From Raillietiella orientalis (Eukaryota), in contig JAYWIR010000015.1 of assembly GCA_036172245.1 (NCBI GenBank), positions 3,286,001-3,350,000 of the forward strand: a DNA stretch of 64,000 nucleotides. The letters run 5' to 3'. Position numbers and translations under genes: made by a program. The notes beneath the pieces are model-generated. The model had not been told where the DNA came from. It saw only the letters and a list, made by a program, of their open reading frames with translations, and made no database searches. Positions 12,950 to 26,100 of the stretch are shown here, piece by piece; position 1 is the first letter of the stretch, and each line of letters starts with the position of its first letter.

Positions 12950-15600
12950 CGAGTATCCTCAAAGTCAACCGCTAAAGGTTCAGTGATCTCGTAAAGAGAT
13001 TCCATTTGATTTCAGCATGAAGTGCAAATGGAGATAAAAATTTCTGCTCCTTCTGTGGAGCCTCGGTTCTTCTCGAAACCCGCCAAAATCGTAACATCCG
13101 TCCTTGACTTCCACTGCTAAGAGCGCTCTTGTCGCCTAGAAGGAAGATGGCTGCTGCCACGACGTGAATTCAACTCCCGTGTTCGCAAAGCAGTCAGAGT
13201 TTGTCTCCCAATGGTCGAATGGAAATTTCCCTGACAAAGAGTTGCTATCATGGGGCAAACTATTTGCTTTCGGAGCTCTTCAAAGACCTGCTGAAAGGTT
13301 CAAAGAAACTGACTAAGACCACAAGTAGGCAGCTTGCATGTGCCACACCGTGAGACACAGCTAGATGATGTCAAAATAACATGACTTTTGGCACAATACC
13401 ACAGGAGCATGAGGCAGTTCCGAGAAACGTGCAAGAGAGAGTTAGCTTCCCTGCAAGTATTGCACGAAAGAAATCCGAGATGACTTATTCTCAAGCTGAG
13501 TGCTTGGAATGGAAGTACACTTCAAGAGAAAGAATTTCTGATGATCCCAATGCATTTATTTGTTTCTGGTCAAATCATTTCGCTAGTTGAAAATACAACC
13601 CACTTTGTGCAAACTGATGCTTCGATCAAAGTCAGCCTCCGACCACCGCCATGAGGTTCTGAAAGTCCTTACTTTTTCTACAATGTGTTAAAGGGTTTGG
13701 AAGCCCTGGATCAGCATTTCAGCAGGGTGCTTCTCGTAGAATAGAGAAAGAGGCATGTGGTTCTTCCTCCAGTTACATGCACAGTGACCTTATTGTACCT
13801 GAGCTGCTTTTGTTCCTCCAGTCTTCTCTTGGCCAAGTCGATTGAAACGAACAAACTATTAGCTCATTTAAAAGGAAAATGTAGCATTTGATGTTTACTC
13901 CGCAGTCAACGTCTTCTTCTGCACCAGCAGAAAGAACTGTCACATGTTCCTGGTAACCAAAATCGAGAAATGCCAAGGGTTCTTATGGAATTTAGAGAGA
14001 AAAATATGTATCGATGAAGACATTTGAGTTTTGCAAAAGAAACTGACCAAAACCGAAAAGATTGAGAAGGGACGAAGACATGTGGTGAAAGAACTTTCCT
14101 TGGTCATTTCCTGTTCGGTATCCGTGGTGGCTCTTACTGGAAGGGCAATCCCATCCAACCAATTTTTTTTGTTTTGAAAATAGGAGTCCTTCCAAGCGAA
14201 AGATGCCGACTTTGCAGAAGTCTGATGCCTGTGGCACGGCCTTGAAGTGGTGGATCTACGGAAAGCAAAATCTTTGTAGGGTACTTCCAAACCCATCAGA
14301 GAGTGATGGTGTCGGGCCGTCTGTGCCCTCTCGGCTTTGACGACCCTCTCACGTCAAAAGTCGCCATTTACATGAGCACGCCGCCTGGAGAACAGGAAGA
14401 TCCCCACCGCTTCCTACTGCTGACCCCGGCACCAGCTTACTTGGTTTCCTACTGGGCAAAGGAGCTTTGGATTCTTTTCAAGGACATCCGATTCGCAGAA
14501 GAAACTCCCGTTTCCTTTGTCGGCACAAATTTTGATATGCCAAAAGGCCGAGAAGCTTTCGCGGGCCATTCCTCTGCACATGGAACGCGGAGGCAAAAAG
14601 GTTTCATTTTAGGACCTTTCTCTGATGACACTAAAGATATCATTGAGTCATCATCGAGTCTCCCTTAAAGAAATGCTCTTTCTCGACTAGATTCCAGCTG
14701 ATTACTATAGAAAACAGAAAAGGCAATTTGCAGTTAGGGGCGCGTTATCCCGAAATCGATCCACGTATTGAGCCGCTCCAAAATCGGGTACTGTGGTTTC
14801 CCGACTGGCACAAATCAGATGGAACTTTCGGGTGAGCAGTTCAGCAGAAATCCATCACGGAATTTGGGGGGAAGAGGTCTAGAAGGCGAACTTAAGAGCA
14901 GCCATTTGTCTTGGAGATGCTTTAAAGCGTGCGGAAATCGGACTACCCGGGTCACTCGATCTTCCGTTTCCGAAGAACACCTCAAAAGCAAACAAGGTAG
15001 CGGAAGCAACTCAGATAAGCGGACTTCGGAGGAATATTCGACATTGGTTGAAGACTTTGCCATTTCTTTCTGCGGGAGGGGAGGGGGGGGGAAGAAAATC
15101 CATGCTTGAAAATTCAGATTCATTCCGGATTTCGTCTTGTCGCGGAGACGCTACAAAAAGCTCGACCACCTCTCGTGCGGCAGTTCGCTTTTAAGTATCA
15201 ACGCTGCTTCACTGCTGACTGTCTACGCTGGAGCTCAGTTCTTCTACAGTATTCGTTTCTGACGTACACAGATGCTTCCTTTCCTCGAATCCCTCAAGAG
15301 CTCTGAGTCCTCCGATGCTTCCGGTTACCCTGACTCAGGAACTCAACGTAACATTGAGCATCTACAGCACCGTACGACTTTCCCACAACTCTTAAAGACA
15401 GCGGACCGGCTGGTACGAGAGCGCTGCTACGGCAGCGGTACACTCGAAGGGTCAGCAGCGGATTCTGCAAACGGCTTTCGGACAACAACGACCGTGCCCA
15501 TACAGCCGCTCATAGCTCCAAAATGGAGAACACAGCCAGGAGATCACCAGAGCGCAAAAAGTGGAAATTCTGCTTATCCAAAACAGAAGAGGAGGGAGCA
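12950..15600 (+). mobile_element. Degenerate Ty3/Gypsy-type LTR retrotransposon pol (RT-RNase H-integrase)
   Basis: In order. RT: IPFDFS (cf. MPFGL), HDVNSTPVF (cf. HD.NL..VF), RVAIMGQTI (cf. V..LGH.I). RNase H: VQTDAS 13607-13624, GSESP, IEKEA 13741-13755, HVPGNQN 13943-13963. Integrase: GFILGPF, CGFP...GEQFS, KANKVAE (cf. PQ.NG.AE), WLKTLP, APKWR..GNSAY. Many stops and frameshifts; no LTR found. Confidence 0.7.
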
Positions 15601-16229
15601 TTGGAGAGTAGAGGCCGATATAGCTGGTGGCTTCCATTTCGTCGGAAAGCACATACTGTCTTGGGAGCAACCTTCCATGTGGGCTGCATCAAGGGACCAT
15701 AGAAAGTAGAGGAGCAGGGAGCAGGATGCTCAAAAAGGTTCAGTACAAAACATGAAGGACAGAGAGAGGTTGTGCCCTCCAGCATCAGGTGGGTGGATAG
15801 TAAATGATTCCTCGTTGCCCAAATTGTTTATAGTTTGCGAAAAAGCTGTAGGCAGAAACTCTCCAGAAATATTCTATCAATTACGATGACGAATCACACC
15901 AGTTTCCAAGCTGCTGCCTCAGACGACAAACGGGAATTGAGTTCACTCCCAGTCGAAAGGACTTGTCCCGGGGCCCGGCGCGAACCTCCATTGGTAAGAA
16001 TTCCAGGGAAACGAATGGAGGGAAGGCTGGGAAGAATTTGAGGACAAAGGGGTAGCTGCAAGATTAGCCGCATCTCGGCACGTTTTCAGTATTAAGTTGA
16101 TGAGCAGCACCCTGCGTGCCCTGACTACGATTCGGGTGCTGATCAACCCAAAGACAATATTTTCCGTACCCTCAGGCGTTTCTCTAGTATGCTGACACGA
16201 CAATTGCATTTAATCCGGCCGAGAGTTTC

Positions 16230-16950
16230 GAAATATCGCAAGCATGGCGGACGGATCGCTGAGCTCGGGACTGGCAAAGGCATCCCTACAGTACAGCTCC
16301 CTTCATGGGAATGGAAAGAGATTTTCGAATCTTTGTCGTAGTGTGAAACGCACCATCGAGGTGAAGAGTGTGGAACCCGAGTAAACGTCAGCAAACTGCC
16401 GATGCCATTCTCCTCTTGCTGCATCTAAGAGAACGATTTGCTTCTGTTCCAATCAGCATGGAGGAATTCGAGAATTTTCCTTTGCAGTGGTTCCAAACAA
16501 ACACCTTTTACGAACGGAAGCACCATACTGACCACTCTCGGTTCCAGGAATTATTTGGAAGCGTCCTATTTGGAAGCAAGAGGAGCCCACCATAAAGTGA
16601 CGTTGTTGTACGTGACACGAGAAAAGTGACCTGCAAAGGTGGACTAGAGAAATTCCTGGGAGTGACTCCTATCGCAGAATGTACCACTGTTGTTTGTTGC
16701 TCTTTCATTACGCTTATGCGTGGACATCAAGCACTGAGTTTTTGATCTCTTGAAAGACTAAGAGAGAGGGTCATCCTCTAGGAGCCCTTACCAAAGTTTC
16801 TTCCCAGAGTCTTTGGAGTGCTTAACCAAGGTTCTTGGGCAGCGGGATATGACTTCGTCAAACCAATTCAGTGCTTGAAAGCGCAGAGAGGAGCCAGATC
16901 TTCTGAAGCCAACTAATCGACTTTCAGCTCCAGCGGATTTTCATAAATTC
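16230..16950 (+). mobile_element. Degenerate CR1/L2-like LINE RT fragment
   Basis: KGIP, QQTADAILL (cf. YADD..L), QWFQTN (cf. WF..N), EKFLGVT ~16647 (cf. KFLGV) and a downstream W..H-like segment, in the expected order. Confidence 0.5.
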
Positions 16951-17349
16951 GGAAATTTACGTTCCTCTTTTTTCGAGCTTGGGCAAACTTCTTTCTACCA
17001 GCAGATGCCGGTCAGAAGATCCAGCGCTCGTCATAGGGAGTTCGATCACATGCTTCATCCTGTCTGCCTCTCTTTATCTGTCATGCGTTTCGAAACGATG
17101 CGCGGTGAAAGTGGTGAATTTGAGTCCCTCTTCATTGCCTCTTGCAACGACCTGAGAAAGGTCCGAATGTGCAGAGAGCTTCGCTGTGTTCTTCATAGTC
17201 CATCATCTTTCTTGTCCATCTCCTTTCGATTTCACTTTTCATAGCATTTTCTTTGTCGGACAGTCAGGTCAGCAGGCGAAATCCAATCGAGCAGTTTTGT
17301 GATTAATAACAAGCAGAAAGTAAACTGCTTCCCCTTATTTGACATCACC

Positions 17350-18300
17350 TCATTTCTATCCTCCCTGCCTCCTTCGCGACATTTCGTCCTCAAACGGGAG
17401 CTCTAAGCTTTCCCAGATTGGAGCAATGAGAGTCACCTGCCACGGACTTCGTTCTTTGGGTCACACATCAAATCTTGGTATGTACAATCAAACTACCAGA
17501 CCAACCATCTCTGGAGCTCCATTCCTGATTCTTGAGTGATCCTTGAGTGAAATCTGAGTCTCCAATTTGAGGTGAAATAGAAGGAAGGCATCCCAGCAGT
17601 CATCCGAACAATTCTTTTCGCATAGCCCTATTGCTATAATTCAAGTACTAAACAATGCGCGGTCATCTTGGAGCACCCAGATTCCAGTTTTCTTCTCATC
17701 TTTCATTTGAAATGCGCTATCTTGTATCTGGAGAACGCTGCTACTCCAACGATATGCATGTGCAAATCTCGTGGCAGGTGAGAGAGCTCGAAAGACGCAG
17801 CTTGCAGGAAGCGACTTCACTCGTCACTTTACTGAAGACGCTTTCTTCAGGAGTGTCGCCGTCCAATAGAAGACCCACTGTTGTGTGTTCCTACCACTCT
17901 CAACTTCAACATCCTTATGGTGACTCCCTCAAGAGATTTCAACTGCTCTTCCATCACTATCTTTCACCGATATCTACGTATCCATGGAAGATAGTGACGT
18001 TTTTCATCTCATTGACCTGCTTCGTTACTTTGCTTGTGTTTCGTTAGACACCGTCTCTATAAGATGCTCATTCTCTATGGTTTCACTATCCGGAATTTCA
18101 GTTCTTGTTCAGAGCTTTTCCAGTGGCCTGCCTGTGGCCTCCAGAGTCCACCTCACCATCTTGTGCGGATGCTGAATAGCCAAATTGCGGCAGATTTCGC
18201 GTTCGGAGCAGATGGAGGCAATCCTTCTCTTCCAGTCTCTTTTTAGTCCCGAATTCCTTTTGGAATGTCCCTCTCTCTCGCTCGGAAGATGTTTGTTCAC
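17350..18300 (-). mobile_element. Degenerate RTE-like LINE ORF2 (RT C-half and tail)
   Basis: EMKNVTIFHGY (cf. L..V..F.YLG), SVK*RVK..PATRFAHAYRW (cf. K.K.K..PAMLYG.E.W), AFQMK (cf. AFEMK), DDRAL and VRGR (cf. R.RGRP). Confidence 0.45.
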
Positions 18301-18499
18301 CAGAGACAGATTTCTTCATTCACTGCTCTCAAGGTAAATATTCAAGACTCTCTTCAATGGCTGCATCCTGATCGAATGTTTTTGATCTGAAGAGCATCTC
18401 GAGAATTCGTTTGTCATGCCGGACTTTTGCATAGCATTATATGGAAGTTCTCTTGGTGCTTGTCATGCCTCTTCCATCTGTTGGGATGGAGATGGTTGA

Positions 18500-19300
18500 A
18501 ATCGTGTGTGGGCACCTCTGAATGGCATTTTCGTAGCATCACCCGGGCAGTCAAAAAGCCTTCCTTATAACGTCTCCCTTAGAAATCTTAATGTCGCTGA
18601 AAGAAAAAAAAAAAAGACTTTTTCGTTGCACGACATCAAGATTAGAACAAGAAAAAATACCAAGGGTCAAGAATTGCGAGATGAGAGACTTCAGTTCATC
18701 AGACGTCACTCACGTTCATTCTGTTTGATCATCACGCCGTTGAGATCAAAGAACAAAGTCGTCATGTGAGGACCAACAGATCCAGCTGCAACGACCTCTG
18801 AAAGAAAAAAAAAAAAAACAGTAGGTGGTTTACTATACTTAGAGATTTCAATTAGGGCTTTTCGAAGGACGAGAAGGTGCAAGGCGATGCCGAAACGAGC
18901 CACAAAATGTTCCGGGATGAATGGATCATCGACAATGGGAGTGCTGGAGTTCCAAAGAGCAAACAGCCTCGGTTGTTAAGGTCTTTGCGGTAAGTAATGC
19001 TGGCACAATTTCGTAGATGGATTCTCTACTTGCACGCTCAATGTTTCAGAGAAAATGCAGAAACATCTGAGATGGAGGGATTCATTCAGTGAGGTTCATT
19101 CCCTGAAATGCCCCAAGTGAAATATGGATGCTAAAAGCGAATGATGGAAGAAATAGATAGGGTTCAGGATCATTGCCGATGATTTCTCCAAAGTTCCATC
19201 ATAGAGCGAAGGATCCGTAGTGGTTGGTGCGTAGCCACTGTTGTCACTGTTGCACTCGAGCATGAGGCTTTCCTGAAACAGTAAACGGGAACAATCTTCG
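18500..19300 (+). mobile_element. Degenerate CR1-like LINE RT fragment
   Basis: YNVSL (cf. YRPVSL), KSSCEDQ (cf. SCETQL), LLYLEISIRAF ~18830 (cf. IYLD.SKAFD), GLCGK*CW (cf. GI.GK...W) and RIIADDFSK ~19167 (cf. RLFADD.K). Confidence 0.5.
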
Positions 19301-21049
19301 ATCCCACCGTGCCTCCGGACTTCCAGATTCTGCTTCTCACGTGCTTCTCCATCCCATCTTCGCTGGACGGCGCAAAGGAAGGAAAGAGGGGGAGGACGCA
19401 GAGAGCTTCCGGAGAGTTTGTAAAAACAAAAGTCTCCGGGAGATGCGATCCACTAGCGATGTACCATGGGACGTCGTCGAATGGAAGTGCACCATTTGCA
19501 TCGGGGAATTTCGGCACAACACGGGCACGACTCGGTGCTTTCGAAGCAAATCACGAAGGAGGGGGGGGGGGCGTCCATTGCCTTCCTTTTCATGAGGAAG
19601 GTGCATCATCCGATTTGATTATCAGCGGAGTTTCAATCCCGCAGCGCGCCGTTCCCTTGTGCGTGGCGATCTGGAAGCATTCCCCTCCGGAGGGAGACTG
19701 AAGACACCGCTGATTTTCGGAAGGGAACCCTTGGAGAAGGTAGTGTCTAAGATTTTGCGGAGGTTTAGATGAAGACTGTCAAGCGTAACACTTTCCTTTC
19801 CTCTCTTTTTTTTTGTCATTGATGATAGCATGAGGCAGAGTGAGAGGAAAATGGCGGGCTAAAGAAGATGCGTGGGGTGCTTGAGTGCTCGCAACGGCCC
19901 TCTCATTCCGTGTTTCGAAGGCTCATGCGAAGATCAGGAAAAGCTAGGAAAAAAAAAGAAAAAAGGAAGAGACTGAAACGGCTGCTGTGACCAGGGACCC
20001 GAGTAGAGAAAGGAGGTTCAGAGCACCCGAGGAGCTTTTTCTAATCACGGAATCCATGTGCTCACACACCAGATACGTGATTCTCAGCGTGCCGATGCAC
20101 TTACTGGTGCACATTAAGACACGTACGGCGCTCATGCGCTGAATCTGTGAATGAGCAAGATCAATTTTGCTCTACCTTGATCCTGGGTGGATGAACGCCA
20201 GTGCCACCACCAACAGTCATCACGTTGCTTAGCACTGCGTGCACTGGTCCAATTGCAGTGCGCGCATGCATAAGGAGATGCTGAGTAACAGCCACCACTA
20301 GAGAAGTAGAAAAAAAAAAAAAAAAAAACAGCAGTTGAAAGAACGAGGGGGAGGCCAGGAAAGGGAATGGGATTCAGACTGCTGCTCGGAAACTGGAGCG
20401 CTTACCGCTCGGTCCAAAATGAGAAGACTTTCTTCTTCCGGACGCACGATGATTTTTGGCTTAGCCGATCTGCGATGATGGTCCTCTGAACCATAATCGC
20501 CTTAGTAGTTTATTTTTGTGAAATTTTCAGGCTCCCTGACACCCCCTTTTCCCTCCCTCCCCACGGGTCCGGCGGTTTCCCTTTTTTAAGAAAAGGTTCT
20601 TCTTCCACATGTTCGCCTTGTTTACTGTTCGCCTTTCGTTTGCAACCTCCTGACTCAGTTCCACTCCATCTCGAGGCATTGCGAAGATGAAAAATGACAT
20701 GGGTTCGGTAGCTGAATGGGACATCCCGAGCATGGGGGAGTCCTCTGAGCGCTCTGAAAAATGGTCCTGAACCGTGGAAGAGCTCGCCGGAGTCTGGAAG
20801 TGCAGCCTCTTTCCGCGTGCAGCTGCGAAGGCTTTCGGAAGTCTCCAAGATGAGGAGCGAGGAAAAATAGAAAGATTTCGAGGGAGATGTACATTGGATG
20901 AACAGAAGGGATCCATACTCTCTTGAACACCGTCCCCCTCTCCCAGAAGTAGTTGTCAAGGCTCCCGCCACGCTGCTCCTAGCTGTTTCGTGTTTTCGCT
21001 TTCGTTTTAGACGAGCCAGGATCACTCGATGTTTCAAGAGGGGTTGCTG

Positions 21050-21900
21050 AAAAACCCTCATGAACAGTCACGAAGAGCTATGGGAAGCCTTCTGCATCCA
21101 TGTTCAGACACTCAGGAGGGGAAGGATCCCGGCCATTTCTGCTGCAAAGCACAGGAGACACCCCAGCGAGCGAGTTCCGAAGAGCTGCTGCCTATGCGGC
21201 TACTGTATCATTTCCTTAGATCGGCCAAGGTCAGCCCAATCCGTTGCACCGTCATACTCGCCACCTCTTCGGAAAGGCTTATGGAGATGGGAACGCATGC
21301 CAGCAGATTGGTTTCCGGCTCGTTTCTACGCAACCACCTCTGCACCCGACGGGGCTGCTTTGGGAGACGTTCGTTCCAATGCCTGGCATACTGCTCACTC
21401 CTTCCCTCCCCTTCAGAAGCAACCGTCCGAGGGCATCGTCTCGTCACCTGTCCAAAGAAGGCGACTTGAGCAATTCGTGATGGCGAGCGCTCGGGGCGAC
21501 TTCGGTGTCCCAACGGAAAGCTCCAGCAGAATCATCGGAACGGTCCGCCTCGACAGGAAGTGCCTGCCCGCCCGACTTCATACTTCCAGAAGGGCACCGC
21601 CAAGCTCCAGGAGAAAAATGTCAGAAGCAGCGGAGCGGCCATAAGAAAAGTGGAAGGGGAGCGCGCGAGCGAAGAAGGGGAAACGTCCCGGAAAGACATC
21701 CCTCGGTATTCCCGGAGTTAGGGTGGCGGCGGGCTCCCTGCCGAAGAAGCCGAACCTCTGGCACTGTCCTTATCGAGAAGGCGGGGAAGAGGGTGGGGTA
21801 TGTGTGCGCAGAGGGAGCGGACGTTCTCGGAAAAACAACTCATCTCTGTGTACACAACCGGCGTCCTGGGATCGCCACCAGTGCCTTCGGTGCTTGTTTG
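21050..21900 (+). mobile_element. Degenerate RTE-like LINE RT N-terminal half (GC-shifted)
   Basis: SHEELWEAF..TLRRGRIP (cf. EEV..AI..LK.GK.PG), GDTPASEF, LWRWERMPADW (cf. IW..E.MP.DW), RRLEQFV, and SVFPEL..SLPKKPNLWHC (cf. F.DL.KA.DS.PR..LW.C). Confidence 0.5.
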
Positions 21901-22585
21901 CCCGGTCTCTCGCAAAGAGCTGTCTGTTGCTGTCTCCGGTTCATTGACACCGTTCTCACCTGGATGCGTTTCCGTTCGCTGGCAGTTTCCGCACCTTCCA
22001 TTATTGTTCTGCTTGACGTGAACCGATAAAAAGTGACTTGCGCAACGCAAAAGCATGTCACGTCGACATCGATGTGCGCGCGAGCAGCCTGTTGTTATCT
22101 TCTTCATCGGCAGGCTGAGAATGTCGCATCTCGCTCGGTTTGCACGAGAGGTGTGCGCGCGCGCGCATGCTGCTCGGCGCTACCACGCACAGCCTCCTCC
22201 GCGTGTGGTGGAAAATGAGGCCAGCGCCGAGTACCAAGAGGAAAAGAGTGAAAGGCTCTGCAGCGGAGCACACACGGCGGAGCGAGACGCGACGGTGGGT
22301 TGTCCATGACGACAGGTAAACCGCCGGACGGAACAGGCCCCTGTCCCTGATGGGAAACTTCTTCGATGCCTTCCCAATTTGCCCCGCTAACGCTCTCTCG
22401 CACCGCACCGAGCGTTCCCGTTGCTTGGCAGCCTTTTCCGGCCGAACCCAGGATGCTGCTTCTTTTGTTTCCCGGAGAAGGAGAGGACGGAAAAGAGGGA
22501 AAAAATGGGGGAAGGGGGGGGGGGAAGGAAGAGAAAGGTCGATTCTTCCTCTCTCCTGATCAGAGCTGCCGCCGTTGTCGCCTCC

Positions 22586-22607
22586 GCTGCTGCTGCTGCT
22601 GCTGCTG
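22586..22607. repeat. (GCT)7 microsatellite
   Basis: Direct inspection. Confidence 0.9.
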
Positions 22608-22659
22608 GAGCGGTGTGCTTTTTTCTTCCCTGCGCGCGCTGCCGGCTCGAGCGCGAAAT

Positions 22660-22920
22660 GCTGCTATCGCGCGCGGCAGCGGCTCCGAGATAACAGCCGC
22701 AATTTCTCCAATTCTCTGGAGCAGCTGAAGCAAATCGGCCGCGTTCCTTGAAAATGCACGTCGCCATTTCCCACAGTCTGAAAAATCACCCCTGCATTCT
22801 CGCAGTCCGGAGAGAGGCCCGCATCCCAAAATATTATATCGGGAAACATTGACTGATGTCAATCGATCATCTCTATGGACTTATCGACTGACGGCCTCAT
22901 TAATGAGGGCAGAAACTCTG
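22660..22920. promoter_or_regulatory. Putative enhancer-like island (CSL site and palindromic homeodomain-type sites)
   Basis: TTCCCACA 22768-22775 (reverse complement TGTGGGAA, CSL/Su(H) consensus), ATTGAC-tgat-GTCAAT inverted repeat 22848-22863, and the perfect palindrome CCTCATTAATGAGG 22895-22908. Confidence 0.4.
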
Positions 22921-24849
22921 GCTGGCGGAGAAGAGCGGCAGCACGACCGCGAGACTTCAGCAAATCCTCTCCCCCCTGGTCGAGCCAAGTCCGTCGCACC
23001 TGCGCTTTTTTTTTTTTTTTCTTTCGTCCATCTTCCTCTCCCTCCGCCTCCTCCCCGAAAGCACCTCGTGACGCCGGACTGATCTCGAAGCGGGCGCATG
23101 GACGGACGGGAGAGAGCCCTGGTTATTCTTTTGGCGTTCCCAGAGGGTCAGGATCGGCTCAGGGAGTACGGTAGGGAATAGGGTACGTCGGATTTTCCGG
23201 TCAGGATGTGGGAGCGCAACCGTGCCGCCAGTCAGCCATTCGGAGTCCCCCACCCCGGTCTTTCTGAGACGAAGCAGGAGATCCCGGCCGGTTCTGCCGG
23301 AGACATCGGATAAGAGCAGCGAAACTTTGCAGTAATGCTTTCCTGCCAGGAGGAAGATCAAGGGAATTGAGATCAGAGGGATGGAGATGGGAAGCAAGAC
23401 TCCCGAAGCGTATGCAGGCGTAATGTGACGGCTTCTTTTGCAGTAAATCTCCTGGCCACTCTTCGAGATGGCTCTCTTTCTTTCCTTCTTCTTTCTTCCT
23501 TTTTTTTTTTTTTCTATTGTTTGTCTTCGAATTTGCCAACGTCGAGCACCTCGCGCGTCCTGCAGGCAGTAGTCCGCGGCGTTGGGAGCGGAGCGACAAC
23601 GGCAGCAACGGCGGCGGGCGCCGACGCGCTCCCCCCCCCCTATCCAGGAAAAGTCAGGGCAAGCGCCTCCGACGAGCCTTCCTCCTCGACGAGGGAAGAT
23701 GTGGCACCTGCAGAACGTGGGCGGTTCAGGATGGCAGCGGAGACGGTCGGAAATGCGGGGCAGCCTCGCAGGCTGCCGCCGGTGATGGCTTCCTTCGAAG
23801 CATCCGGTTCCGCCTTCGAGGCGGGCAGAGAAAGCCTGGAAGTTCGGAACGGGCATCGCCGGGACGCGCACCGTTCATCGAGGGAGGTCCGGAGGGAGGC
23901 TGCGAGACTATCGGCCACGCGCTGAGAGGTCATAAGGAGGGCTGGCGTCGAAAAAAAAGGCGAATGGTTGCTCGGAGATGAGGTGAAGCAGAGTTCCCTC
24001 CCTCACCCACCAAACTGTGGGTCTACAGAGGGGACAATCTAAAGGGTGCCGGAAGCTTCCAAGTGCCCTCATAGCAAGGCAGCATCGCGTCTCCCTCTCA
24101 TGCTTCTTCAAAGACCAGACCCTGCCTCCGACTCACGGGTTCAGCGGCTCCATCGCTAGTGGCGCCATCATATCTGTCAAACCAGATCGGTCGCTGATAC
24201 CCCTAGCTTCCCGGAGACTTTGAGTGCCATAAAGTTGGTCCTCTGCATCCTTTGATTGTCTATAAGATAACGAATTGCCGTTCTCTCCCAGATCAAGGGA
24301 GGCTCGTGGAGCTCACATCCAGAGAAGAACCACTTCCCTAGGAGGCAGACCCTGGTTTCCACATGCTAGAGAGCTGCCGGCCTGTCTCTTAAATGTCTTT
24401 TGGGAGAGTGCATCCTGATCTTTCGGCGTGTTTGCAGAATCATCTTGTTATCATCGCCGTTCTTATCTCATTAGAAATCGAGGCTGTGCACTCTCACAGA
24501 TTATCTATGCACTCTCTAAGACAAGAAGAAGACTTTCGAGTGTAAAGACTCCCCGAAGAACATCTCAGGACTGTTCTCATCAGCTCTTCTTCTCTCGATA
24601 GAAACGACTTTCCAGCTACGCTGAAGTTCCTTTCGTTCCTCTCCGGATGCTCCACATCTCTTTTCCAGTCATTACCCTCTGCAGCCGATTCAGATGTTCC
24701 CGGAACGCCGTAGGGAGATCAAGGGTTCTAGGGGTAGTTCATTTCTGATGGAGGAATGGAGTTCTTTCCTTGAGAGTTCAACCTAGCAACGGTTCGCTTT
24801 TAATCTGCAAGGACATTTCTCGCTCTCTGAAAGAGAAGACGAGAGCTGT

Positions 24850-26100
24850 GGTGCTTTTCCACTCGGTCTTTGCGTGAGCGTTTTATCAAGGTCAGTAGGC
24901 AAAAGGCAGCACGCGACCATCGCAGGAGTCTTCGAGTCCTTGCAGCAAGAGGTCAGTCGGCTCGGAGCTGGGCTGCTGCAAAGACCACCATGGTGCAGGA
25001 GAGAGCAAAAGAAATGAATGAAGCGGGAGAAAAAGATGGAGGACGAGGGAAAAGGAAGCACCAGCCTGCTGCACTACTTCTTAAACTACAGCCTGCCCGT
25101 GATCCCGTAAACGCGCTCTCCGCTCCGATATTCACGTGGGGTCATCTGGTCTCTCTCCTAAGCATGGAAGAGGTTCTTAGGTAGTATGCCCAGGACTGCT
25201 GGTGCCACTGCATCTCGCAGTGAGCCGGCAGCATGGCGCGTTGGGACCACTGTAGTAAACGAAGGCTCGTCATGACGTCCCAGAAACGTCCCTGGTGTAG
25301 CAGGGTTACCTCCACACATTGCCAACCACTTTCGAGGGCATCGCAGTCCGGCAGCAGACGAGAGAGCGGTCCCGTTTCCCCTCACCTGATGCATGGCTTC
25401 GGAGGAAAACTTTCCCTCTTCCGAGAGTGCCCGCTTTCGTTGCGCGAGAAACTGCAATGCAAGAAGAGAGCCTCCGTGCGCTGCGACTTGGAAGGGAAGG
25501 TCTGGGAGAAGGTGCTTTGTGTGCTGCCCCCCCGAATGCCTCGAGAGCATCCAGGACTAGAGTCTAAGCCTGTGTTAGAATTCCAAAAGCTAAATCATGC
25601 TTGAGTTGGGCTTCGAGATTTCCATGGACCGAACTTTCCCTTCTGTCACTTCCGCGATAGAAGAGGAAACTTTCCTTGACTGTGCGGTAGAGGAAGATTT
25701 CCCGTGAGTTCTTCGTAACAAAAATGAAAGAGTGGAAGAGAAGGAAGAGGGGAGGGGGGAAAGGAAGGTAACAGGCAGAGCGTCGGTGAGCGCACCGATG
25801 TGGAGATATGGACGTGGTTCCTCACATAGACACGGAGATGTGGACTCGTTTTCTCGCTCTCCCTCCCCCTGTAGAAGCCCGCAACTGTATAATCGAAGAA
25901 TTGGAATCCGGGAAATATGAGAACATGGGGAGAGGGAGAGACAATTGCAACTCTTTAGAGACCAAGGAATCTTTGTCGAAGACGGAACAAAGGAGAGGCT
26001 CACACGGTCACGCCTAGCTTCAAAAAGCCGAGTGGGGAACCAAAGGACCATCAAAGAAATCTCTTGGTTTTCATTGGCTGAGTACGCGGACCACCCTATC
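24850..26100 (+). mobile_element. Degenerate RTE-like LINE RT
   Basis: AALLLKLQPARDPVN (cf. LD...AFD.V), SGSRRESGPVSPHL (cf. GVRQG.P.SP.L), LGFEISMDRT (cf. GL.IS..KT) and LFRDQGI..TKERL (cf. LW.D..I..TK.RL). Confidence 0.4.

Noticed and set aside
23470..23925. Polypyrimidine tract plus cctgcag as a splice acceptor into an open frame
   Set aside because: No convincing donor site or protein similarity, and pyrimidine tracts are ubiquitous in this window.
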